A stretch of 63,588 bases of DNA, the filler included, from Reticulomyxa filosa (taxonomy: Eukaryota; Protista; Foraminifera): assembly GCA_000512085.1 (NCBI GenBank). It is 16 parts of 16 records of this genome, joined end to end, with 100 filler letters (N's around TTAATTAATTAA, not from the genome) between each part and the next. Parts side by side here need not be neighbours in the genome. Positions count along the whole stretch, not along the records: positions 1 to 6,524 come from ASPP01026818.1; positions 6,625 to 14,014 come from ASPP01005229.1; 14 more parts are not named here. One strand, 5' to 3'. The notes under the pieces were generated by a model. That model did not search any database. It was not told where the DNA came from and saw only the letters and a list, made by a program, of their open reading frames with translations. Below, one piece after another: positions 1-10,979 of this stretch. The position numbers were made by a program, and so were the translations under genes. Within the stretch, counting starts at the first letter, position 1, and each line of letters begins with the position of its first letter.

Positions 1-2356
1 AATAATAATAATAATAATAATGACGATGATGAAAATGCAAATAGTGATGACAATGAAATCATCGAACAATACGAAATGGAACTGCGCGAAAAAGATAACG
101 TCATCAGTGAATTGAAAGACGAACTCGCCCATTTGAGACAAGTCTTAGGTATTCCCGATGACGTCAATCGCGACCTGAATGACGACGTCCCATCCGAAGA
201 AAAGAAAAACTCGCTTTATGAACAAATGGACACATTTCGCAGCAAAATATACGATCCAAAACAGGTTTGAAAAAAAAAAAAAAAAAAAAAAAAGGGAGAG
301 ACAGATCGCACCAGTAGCAAGAGGAGGAGGGGACACTATTATAATGTCACTCATAGTCACCACAAGATCTGCTAGCGGAATTACGGAAGATAATACGTGC
401 ATTCTATTCCGAAGCAAAGTTGTCTGGTTCCGCAGACGTGGATAACAGCGACGAGACATTGACGTTTGTGAAGCACTTGTCACCGGCAATCGACGAGTTA
501 GAACACAATGGTGCGAAGTTGATGACGATGAGTCGTAGCAGCAATAAGCACAACAGCGATACGTACCAAGACTGGAAACAAGAAACGGAACAAATTCAAG
601 CGTCCATCGAAAGCCACTTATGCCAACTCTATTCTCAACTGGCACACGCTTCGCAAATTCAAACAACTGTCCGAGACGTGGAAAACAATTTGCAAATGTT
701 GAAGTCGATCGTATCGTATTTGGCAAATAAAGTCGATCTCAAAGCTGAAGAGGTCTTATGCAAACCTTTGTTTTTTTTTTTGAAAGGGGAGTTTTAAAAA
801 TTCCGTCTTAATTAAAAAAAAAAAAATAATATATATATGTATATATGTACATATATCTTTTATAGAAAGAATTGGAGGGACTGGAATCAAGGATTGACGA
901 TACCTTAAATCGAATCCAAGAGGCGAAAGGGGACCTCCGAGACGATGAGCTGCGCAGCAGAAAGTTGCAAAAGAGACTGCGTGAAGCGCAGGTGACGGTG
1001 CTGGAAACTACAGTTTAGTAGCATATATACGTGTGGTGTACAGAAAACAACATATCGATTTAGAGGACATAAATGAATGCAAATAGCTGCAGCTGCAAAA
1101 CCAACAAAAAAAGCTGAAAGAGGAACAAGAAGAGATTGGAAATGAGGAGGAATTGATGGAGCTGGAACGACTACAGACACAATTGGAGGAGGAAAAACGA
1201 CTGAACGACGACTTGAAAGAGGAGTTAAAGGACTGTTATCACCAATTGAAAATTGCAAAATATGCAAATGATCCTTTGTTTTTAAGCGATTTAAAGGACA
1301 TTGATATTTTGAAACAATTGCAAGGCAATTTGGAGCAGTTGAGAGACGAAATTGTGCGCAGCGAGTTCAATGATGACAGTAACATGCAAATGATATTCGA
1401 TCATTGCATCAAAGTGTTGCGAAACTTGAAAATCCTTTAGATGACTTGGCCAATGATTTTGACAGTGATTGTCTCAGGGCTACGTATAATCAGTTGGGTG
1501 AGTGCATTAATTGTGTCAAACAAATCCATCAACACCCCAATCCTCTTTGTCCCGATCGTCATCAGTCCGATCTAGTTCAAATTTTAAATGACATGATGGA
1601 TCATGTCCGAGATGCTGCTGATTATATTATTTCTTCTCATAACAGCCAGGTCTCCTTTTTTTTTTTCTTCTCCCCCCCCCCCCTTCCCTTTATCCCCTTA
1701 TAAATCATATTTCCGATGTTATACGTATATGGCTTTGTTTTTGATAATCTCAAAAACAAAGGATAATACCAAAGACTCCAGCAGTAACGAAGTGGATGAG
1801 CAATCAAAAGAAGAACCTCCCACCATCATCACCTCCCCTACTAAAGTGACCACAACTCAAACTATCCCTTTCGAAGCCACTTTCCCATTTGTCAAAAGAA
1901 TTACTATAAAAGGTGGGTTTTTCAACAAGTATCCAGTGGTATGTTACGTACATTCTGTACGCACACTTTGTCTTTTTATTTCTCTCCATTGTTATAACTT
2001 GTCGACTAAGAGAGAGCTACGACAACAAAAAAAAGTGTGAGATAGCTTATGAAAATGTAGCGTTTGAAAGAGAAATAAAGTATTTTAAATGGCTATGGCG
2101 AATGCTATTATTATTTGTCGGTGGAAAACTTTGTGTGCCTGATTTTCCCAATGACCTGCCAGAGTCACATTGGCCGGAAGGATACTTAAAACGAAGAAGA
2201 AAAGAATTGAATTTATTTTTGATGCAGTGTCATTGCATTCAATGGATTCGTGACAGTGAAGTTTATTCCATTTTTCTTACGACGGATTCAAAGTTGTTTG
2301 ATCTCAAACGCAAAAATTGGGACAAATACTGCATACAACAATTCAAAGCGAGATAG
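1..2356 (+). CDS. Multi-exon coiled-coil protein with C-terminal PX-like domain (5' truncated)
   Basis: Successive E/K/Q/L-rich exons separated by GT-AG introns. Last exon REIKYFKWLWRML..VPDFP..YLKRRRKELNLFL..IRDSEVYSIFL fits the PX pattern. Stop at 2356. Confidence 0.6.
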
Positions 2357-4554
2357 ATATATTTATTATATATAAATGTCAAATAGTCATGCCTTTTTTT
2401 GTTTAGCGGACATATTTCTACTTTTTGCAAAAATCATAAGCTTTGCTGTTGTTAGAAAGCTTAAGAACATGACCGATGTTGCCAAACAAATGTGTTGTTT
2501 TGAATAACGTTCTATTTTGGATATAGTATAAATTTCAGAATTGTGTTGGACAGTATTTGGCCAAAAATTTAGTTTCGTTATTTTTCATTTGATATACGTA
2601 CAAACTAGATCTTATTATACATAAACATTTAATTATAATATTAGAAGTAACTTCAAAAGTAGTTCAAAGTTTATTTTTAAATTTACAATTTGCGGTTTTT
2701 CTAGAAAACTGTAAGTTTAGTGCTAAATAAACTTATGTACGTCGTATAAAAAACGTCTCACCATTTCAAAGTTTAGATAATTTGTACATCAATTGATCCA
2801 ATCAATGTGTGCTACATTTATACGAAACCATCATTTGTGGATGGTATGAAAAAAGATATTGTTATTCTTGTCTTATAACTAGAAAGAAATGCAAGTTTAT
2901 CTGTTAGTACCAAGTGATGTCACATAGATTGATAATGTGCATTAAAACTGATAGATACAGCAATATCACAACAAAGACATCAATGAAATAACTTTGTTGT
3001 CTTTTGGTTGATCTTATATTAAAAGCAAACATACACTGGTAATTAAATATTTAAGTGTTTGCACAATAACAATGAATCAGAGAATTAAGATAAATGTGTT
3101 ACTTTACATACAGTCACATAGGATGAAATTGAAATAATTACTGTGTATACTTGTAGTGGCTGTGAAAGTTAAAATTATTTATTGTTTATAACTTATACAA
3201 ACAATAATTTAGCGCATTAATTGTGAAATATTATTTGTTGATAATATTTGAAAAATAATATAAAGTGAATTCAAGCAGTTCGAGTGTTCTATTTAAAAAG
3301 ACACAATTGTGTACTTGACCGTACTTTGCATATTCAATTGAGTAATTGCTTTGTATATTTTATAATAATAATGAAATAAGTACATATCATTTGTGAAAAT
3401 AGCTTGATAATTTTGTAAAATTAGAAACAAATAAATTGAGAAATTATCAATTTGTACATAATTTTTTTTTACCAAACACAAATAAACTTTATGTAGAAAA
3501 TATTAAAAACATAAAACATTTATTAAATTGTGTTATAAACTTTGGATCTGTATATAACCTCGATAAATTAATGATGAAACGGTAAATAATTAAATATATT
3601 GAAAGCATTCAAATTGTGTAAATGAATATTTGCAATTTTTTAAATATATAGTAGAATAAAAAAGATAACACATAAAGCGTAATTTATGAGATAATTGATT
3701 TTCTTCGAATACAGTTTAATATCAGATCATTGCAAGATCATCAACACAGTTATTTTGTCATTTAGTTTAACATTGTGGTTCAATTGATCCACTTTGTTTC
3801 AAATTAAATTAAGCATTTGTCGTTTTAGAAGAGATTACATTAAGCAATTTTTATTAACACATAATAATTATCTTAAAAAACAAGCTGCAAATAAAAAAAT
3901 TTAAAATACAAATTAAATGTTGTTTTTCATAAAAAAATCAATTATTTTAATAAAGTTGTTTTGTGACGTTCTTTTATTCTATTGTATTGCGTCCAGATTT
4001 TATTTTTATACAAATGTGTAGTTTTTTGTATTATTGTTAATGGAAAAAATGATTTTAATCTTCAATGTACGTTTTAAAGCTATTCAAAGCTTAGAACTGT
4101 AATATTTTTGATTTGACAAACATAAAAAAAGATTATTACATTGGAAAAAAATAACAAATAAATATATGAATCAGATTAAATTATAGTAACGTATAACGTG
4201 TTTAATGCCCGGTGCTAGACAAGCGTTATGTAAGATTAGCATGGCAAGCACTAACTTATTAGTATCACAGACGGAGTAGTAACAAACTCAACGCTGGTCT
4301 AACTCACGTATGTCATATACATTGTTCACAAAAGAAAGAGCCTGCACGTTTGGAAGATTCATATGCTGATTTGTTTTTAATAAATAAAACAAAACAACAA
4401 AAAATGACAAGTAAATAATAAATAATAAATGTCACGAGGACTCCTTCATTCACACTCCCTGTTTGTTACTATTTCCTTCCCTCCCATTCCCTCGTCTTCC
4501 CTTTTAAACAGCTGAGTAATTCACATCCACCGCGCTATGTAAATAAGTAAGCAA

Positions 4555-6445
4555 TTAACTCAGACCATATCCGTCACGTGACGAAGTTTTATGAAGATGT
4601 TTGGAATCACTCAACTCCTTGTAAGTGATCCCTACACCAGTAATGTTAATATCGGTGTTGTCCAAAGAAGTTTTCGAGCGAATTTTAGAATCGTTTGCGA
4701 TTGTTTTGTGGGCCGAGCTGGTCTCAGTTTGCTGAACATATTGCTACCATATTATCATAAAAAAAAAAATTTGGAGTCAATAGAATAAAAAGAAATATTT
4801 TACCCTCTCTACTTTTCAAAAGAAAAAAATTATATACACGTATACATTCTTAACTTCCAAAGCCTTCCATTTTTCCTCATTTTTTTTTCGCAACTCTTGG
4901 GTGTTGGAGGCAGTGGAAATAACTGGAGGATTAACATTCGTAGCCGTCGTAAATGCGGAGCCATCATGACGAAAGGGATGCTGGATTTGGATTTGATGAT
5001 GCAACTTATTGCTAATATCTTGAATTTGCGACTTTTCTTTGGTCAGCTGAGCAACAGTTTGCGTCAGCTCCAAAATCTTCGTTTGGTACTGTTTCTCCTT
5101 TGCCGCAGGTAACGCTTGGCTCATTTTCTTGTGCATCTCTTCCATGTTCTTCCGCATGTCCCGAGTGACTCCGCGAATGTTGTTATTTTCCGTTCGTAAG
5201 CTGCTATTCTCTTGTCGCAACAGCTCGTTCTCTGCTTCCAACTTGCCGCACCCACTCCGAAGTTTCATATTTTCTTCCATTTTATCTTTTCAATTTATCA
5301 TTACAAAAAAAAAAAAAAAAGGAAGACCTTCATTCAGAGTGTTTATGTACAAATAGATCAATATTTGTTTATACATACGTATACATACATATATACGTAT
5401 GTTGTATATAATTACTAAACTAATTTGATCTTTTTGCATTTGATGCATTTGCTGCGTCAACTGATCAATATCGGCTTGCATGTGAACAATCTTTTGTTTG
5501 TATTGCTCGACTTTTTGGAAGCGTGATTGCTGCTCGGTTTCGAATTGTTGACAAACTTGTTTGGACTCTAAGAGTTGCCGTTTCAAAGTTTCATTTTCGT
5601 TTTGCAAGTATTGGATTTGACTCGTGCAACGCGAAAGCTGCGTTTTATGTGCGTCCATTTCCTTCACCAGCATTTGTCTTTCATTCTTGTGGCTTTGCGA
5701 GTATTGCTGATATTGCTGCAGCGCCTTCTGTGCTCGCTCGATTTTGCAGTCAAAGCGTTGCTGACACGTCTCCGTCGTCTCTTTCAATCTGCCTATGCGC
5801 TCGTTCATTTTCTCCAATTTCGCTTGGCAGCTGCTCCTCTCCAGCTCCGTTTGAGCTTGGATTTTTTCGATTTGATACATTAACGTTTTCAATTCCATGT
5901 TGTGTTGTTGGGTTAGCGACTGATCGTTTGTTATTTGTTTTGTTTTTACATTTTTACATAAATGTATATTCATATATACACATATACACATATACATATA
6001 TTCATTTTTATGCTTTGTTAAACTTGCTCTGTTTGTAATTGTGACTTTACTAGACGTATCTTTTTTTCATAGTCACGTTTCATTTGTTCATTGTCCAATT
6101 GATATTTCTTTCATTATTTTATTTGTTTTCATTCATATAATGCATATGCATATATGTAAACAAACAAACGGAAAAAAAAAAAAAAAAAAAAGCGTTTGGA
6201 AATTACGCCTTGTTTTTTTTTTTTTTTTTTTTTTTGGAAACATTTTGATGTATTGCATTTTGCAAAAAAACCTGAATGGATGCATGGCATGTCTCCAATT
6301 GTTGTTCCAGCAGTGATATGTGTCGTCCGCATGATTGCACCTTCTCTTGTGACGAGTCCAGCTGACCTTTTAATACCCGGATTTGGTTTTCCTTTTCGTT
6401 TTTCGTTTCTGCGATCGCCTTCTCGTATTCATGGAGGATTGACAC
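4555..6445 (-). CDS. Multi-exon coiled-coil protein of unknown function (5' truncated)
   Basis: Q/E/K-rich heptad exons at about 6440-6240, 5930-5415, 5280-4850 and 4740-4555, separated by TA/poly-A microsatellite introns. End position approximate. Confidence 0.6.
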
Positions 6446-6524
6446 ACACATATACATGTACATATACATATATATATGCATATATGTATATACATATGTC
6501 CAATTTCAAACTTTTTTTTTTTTT

Positions 6525-6624
6525 NNNNNNNNNNNNNNNNNNNNNNNNNNNNNNNNNNNNNNNNNNNNTTAATTAATTAANNNNNNNNNNNNNNNNNNNN
6601 NNNNNNNNNNNNNNNNNNNNNNNN
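6525..6624. other. Artificial contig linker N44-TTAATTAATTAA-N44 (first of 15)
   Basis: Identical 100-bp spacer with stops in all six frames. Others at 14015, 16501, 18276, 19376, 22747, 24206, 34518, 36320, 39744, 42071, 44159, 45613, 47955, 54876. Confidence 0.98.
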
Positions 6625-6964
6625 TTTTTTTTTTTTTTGAAAAAAAATAAAAGCATTGACGATCCTTTGCATTGTTAGTTAGTAGGTGTGAAGTGCAATA
6701 TTGAAGAGAGGAAGAGATTTCATATTTAACCTTAAGGAGAGCTACAACAGATCTTCTTCTCCTTCTTTTATTTTTAATTACAAGTTGCAGAGCAAAGAGA
6801 TTTGAAAGTACAAGAGCCAGGAGCAAAGCAAAACAGGGAGGGGAAAAAAGAATTTACTTATTTTTTTTTTGGAAGAAAGGAAAGGGGATGGAAGGGGGGG
6901 AGGGGGAGCATGAAAAAAGTAAATTGAATACCAACCCGAACAAAAAAAAAAAAAAAAGAAAAAA

Positions 6965-8986
6965 TTAACCACGAACAGGAGTTTCCAAAGCAGACATTTC
7001 AGAAGTGGGTTTTCTAGTAAGAGCAGATTCGTTACGTTTGTGATCTCCACCATCATGTTTTTCCTCCTCTTCATCATCATGACCATGACGATGATGATGA
7101 TTATCGTCATCATCATTATGATCATCATTATCATTGTCATTATCATTGTCATTATCATCATCATTTTCTTCTTCTTCTTCTTCTTCTTCTTCTTCTTCTT
7201 CGTCTTCATCTTCGTCTTCTCGTTCGGCGACAGCGATGCGAACCTGAGGAATGCGAGGGGGATTGGAAGACGGCTCAATTTTTTTAGAAGAGGAAAGAAT
7301 CAAGTGATCGACAATTTTGGCAACAAACTGATCGCTGACGACATTTTGAGTGGTTTCGATGCGATCGACGATCCAGTCCAAAAGGAAGAGTGTAGCCACT
7401 CCAGTTTCGACAACGGTGGTGTCAGCAAGCTGTCCTCCGAGAGCCTCGAGAATGACAATGAGATAGATCATACCAGCATTGGGAATGGGTGCAGTGCCAG
7501 TGGAGCAGAACATGGAGAGGACGACGAGAGTGATTTGCGTGCCAACTTTGACATTGATTTTGTAGAGTTGAGCAATGAACAGGACCATGATGGGGAAGCC
7601 AAGAGCCGTGCCGTCCATGCTGAGTGCAGCACCTAAAGGAATGACGATATTGCGCACCTCTTTGGACACCTGTCCTTTCATGGCGCTGTCCAAAGCCACA
7701 CTTAAGCTAGCTGCGCTAGACGACGTGCCAAAGGCCATCACGGCAGAGTCCTTCACCATCCACCAGTATTTGAATGGATTCGATCTGGTTAGCACAAAGA
7801 ATAGCAAAGGATAGAACATGAACATGTGCACAAACTGTCCGATGCACATGCTCAATAAATAGTATCCAAGGGCTTTTAATACCGACACAAAGTTATTTGC
7901 ACTTGCCGATTGGTGCAACACTAATGAAAAAATTCCTATCGGACTTAACCACACTAGGTACATTATGCTTAGCATTATTACTCGTAAAAAAGCCTTGGTT
8001 ATTTGGATCAATGTCTTAGCTCCATGTGCGTAGTCGCTCATATTACTCATATTGCCACGCTGTCCTCCTCCTCTTTGTCCTCCTCCTCTTTGTCCTCCTC
8101 CTCTTCCTTCTTCTTGGATATATTTTAAACACACTCCAACTACTAAGAAAAATACAATCACTCCCAACACGTTGTTGTCAAACATTGCCTCCACAATGTT
8201 TGGAGTCACTCCGTTTTCTCCGATCTGATATATCGAGTCATACCACGTCCGTCCACTATTGCCATCCACTGTCTCCGCCTGGTTCTCTTGCACTCCGCCG
8301 CCACTGTTCAGATCTTCTAAATCACTCACCTTCCCGTAACTTCCCGGCTCTATCAAATGCGCGATCAACAGTCCTTCCAATGATGCCACCAATGCTGTAA
8401 ATAAATATACCAACACCGCGTACTTGCTTATCTTTTGCAATGTAAACTGATGTGTCAATCCCATCGACGACGACGACGACGACGATGATGCTGCTGCTGA
8501 CGCTGTCGGCGACATGGACGTCGAAGGGGATGCTGCTGTTGCTGCAACTACTCCTGATGATGACGGCAGAGATGCTGATAGACTCGATGGAACCAATATC
8601 ATTAAACAACATAACAATGGCAATATCACACATTTCAATGCGTTCAACCAGATCTTTCCTGGAAATTCTATCGTTACTAATAACCATCGATCTAACTTCA
8701 CTTCTAACACCACGTTCAATATCATACCTATTGTCAAGGCCGTCGCTGCCAACAACACCGTCGCGCCTGCCAATGATAGCTCCAATTTCTTCTTGCACGG
8801 ACACCGGATCCAAGGCTGGTCCAACTGCTGTCCCAAGTCGTCACTAAAGTAACCTGCGTTAAATGTGCTTTTTCTTCGCTGCCGCTTCTTCGCCGACAGC
8901 AATGGTGCCTTCATCTTATCCTTCAGTGCACTGCCATTCGCTTTCGTATGCACAAGATTACTGCCATAGGAAGATGCTGGATCCAT
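6965..8986 (-). CDS. SLC1/DAACS (EAAT/GltPh-like) amino acid:cation symporter, intronless
   Basis: Motifs FPGKIWLNALKCVILPL, NVLGVIVF, WLSPIGIFSL, HP1 AFGTSSSAASL, TM7 PLGAALSMDGTAL, HP2 STGTAPIPNAG, TM8 DWIVDRIETTQNVVSD. Acidic/His low-complexity tail. Confidence 0.93.
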   Translation of the reverse strand: MDPASSYGSNLVHTKANGSALKDKMKAPLLSAKKRQRRKSTFNAGYFSDDLGQQLDQPWIRCPCKKKLELSLAGATVLLAATALTIGMILNVVLEVKLDRWLLVTIEFPGKIWLNALKCVILPLLCCLMILVPSSLSASLPSSSGVVAATAASPSTSMSPTASAAASSSSSSSSMGLTHQFTLQKISKYAVLVYLFTALVASLEGLLIAHLIEPGSYGKVSDLEDLNSGGGVQENQAETVDGNSGRTWYDSIYQIGENGVTPNIVEAMFDNNVLGVIVFFLVVGVCLKYIQEEGRGGGQRGGGQRGGGQRGNMSNMSDYAHGAKTLIQITKAFLRVIMLSIMYLVWLSPIGIFSLVLHQSASANNFVSVLKALGYYLLSMCIGQFVHMFMFYPLLFFVLTRSNPFKYWWMVKDSAVMAFGTSSSAASLSVALDSAMKGQVSKEVRNIVIPLGAALSMDGTALGFPIMVLFIAQLYKINVKVGTQITLVVLSMFCSTGTAPIPNAGMIYLIVILEALGGQLADTTVVETGVATLFLLDWIVDRIETTQNVVSDQFVAKIVDHLILSSSKKIEPSSNPPRIPQVRIAVAEREDEDEDEEEEEEEEEEEENDDDNDNDNDNDNDDHNDDDDNHHHRHGHDDEEEEKHDGGDHKRNESALTRKPTSEMSALETPVRG

Positions 8987-10979
8987 TATCAATTTTTATT
9001 CTTTTTCCGTTTTTTTCATTTAAAAAAGCAAGCCTTCCAAAAAAAATAAAAATCGACTCTGAAACAGCCAACACAAGGCAACAATACGTCTCTGTCACAA
9101 ATTAGAAATATTTGAGTGTTCAATAGCACTTTTAAAACATGCATTGTCTCGTTTCTTAGTTAAAGTTGTTGTAACTATGTTTTCCCACGAAATCTCTCAA
9201 CATCACACTACTTCTTTATGACAAACTAACTTTATTTTATTACCACAACAATATAATTTTTTATCTACTGTTGATATTGGCATATAGTATAGGTTGCTAA
9301 CAAAATACAGTATTTTGCAGAAAAAATGTCAAACATATTATGCTACTTTATGAACATAATCAATTTTCTCCACGAAAAACAAGCATTTAAACTTAAAAAA
9401 ATCTCAACTTTGTAGTTTAACACATGAACTTAGTTTTTTAAGAACTACTTATGATGGATAAAATGTATTATTCGTATGATTTTTAAAAACTGTCGAAAAT
9501 ACGTATAATTTGTACTTGTATTAGCACAACGAAACTTTTAAATTTTAATTTTAGGAATATTCAAGTCAAACAGTATATTTTTTAAAAAATCAGCGTTTTT
9601 GAGGAAATTGGTCATCTTCATAATGTAGCATTTTATGTAGTTTAATTTTTCTGTATGTTGTAAAAAAAAGAAAAAGAAAAAGATTATCGTGAGTCAGACC
9701 ATTGTTCGCTTGGAACAATTTATTAGTTATTGTAATTACTTTATGTTACACATGTTTATGATATTGTCAATATATAGGCTTAACCATTTAAACTAAAATG
9801 TTCAAGCAATCGTGTAAAACATATTTTGTTCATTAAATTTGCAGAATAACATTTTCACTTTTGGATCATTTAATTATTGCTATTTCTAACACTATTTTAC
9901 TCATCTTCTGATGTGACTACAAACATTAATATTATTTTATTTTTTTCTGGGACACATACAACTTTTTCATTACATCTTTTCTTCCTTCAATCAAAAAAAA
10001 AGAAATTTTTGACAAAAAATTTTTCACTTTTATTGACAATAGCGTAGTGCTCATGATACGCCGTAACAAGCAGTTCTCGCAAAATCCAAGTGAACTTTAG
10101 ACCCCTTTATTCTAACAGCACAATACTCCTTTCACGAGTTATCTTTCCTCTTTCACTTGGTAGAATCTTGTCATTTGTTTTTTTATTTATTTAATTAATT
10201 GTTCCTTTGTTTTAAATTGCTCAGAAGAGCGAAACTTTCGTATTACATTTCGTGCACCTCTTTCAGCAGAAAACCCACAATAGCCAAGCGATTCGTTTTT
10301 TAATGTTTTTTTAAAATTAGCTTCGTCTGATTTTCTCTAATTTGTGTGATTATTAATCGTCACCATAAGTTTTTTTTGGCGGACTCACAGACAAACAAAG
10401 AATACCTTCATAATTAGCAAACGAAAAAATGGTAAATAGAAATTTTTCTCTCCTTGGACGATTTTTTTTTTTGTTGTAAACGGGGACTCATTGGCAAATT
10501 TGCCATTGAAGAAAATAGAAAGGAGGAGAGGATGGGGCAAGGACGGCAATTGAACCGAAATAAGCATATATATAAAAAAAACCACTTAAAAGAAAATATG
10601 CACATAATCATAATAGTGTTTTAGTTTTATTCTACCATGTTTCAATTGTTTGTTTGTTTTTCCTCCAAAGAAGTTGAAACACGTTTGCAACTGGAGATGA
10701 TTTACATTTGAAAAGAAACAAAAGATTGGAAAAAGGAATACAAAAGCACAAAAAAACAATACCAAACAAACAAACAAACAAATAAAAGCAAGTGTGGGAG
10801 AGGAACACAAATCAAAATCATACGACAACAAAAAAAAAAAAAAGAAAACGAAGGAAGGGAAAGGGTATAGGAAAAATAAGAAAAGAGAAAAAGGGTGAGG
10901 GTCACACAAAACAAAACAAAACAACACTCAAGAAAAAGCTAAAACAAACAAAACAAATAACAACGACAACAAAAAACAA

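Noticed and set aside
4232-4245. AAGATTAGCATGGC match to U6 snRNA
   Set aside because: No ACAGAGA box upstream and no U6 internal stem-loop downstream; probably chance.
6569-6580. Recurrent palindrome TTAATTAATTAA between N-runs
   Set aside because: Assembly linker, not a biological repeat or CRISPR array.
7040-8852. Overlapping antisense ORFs rich in Ile/Met/Phe/Leu (also throughout the ORF track)
   Set aside because: Shadows of real genes and trinucleotide or microsatellite repeats.
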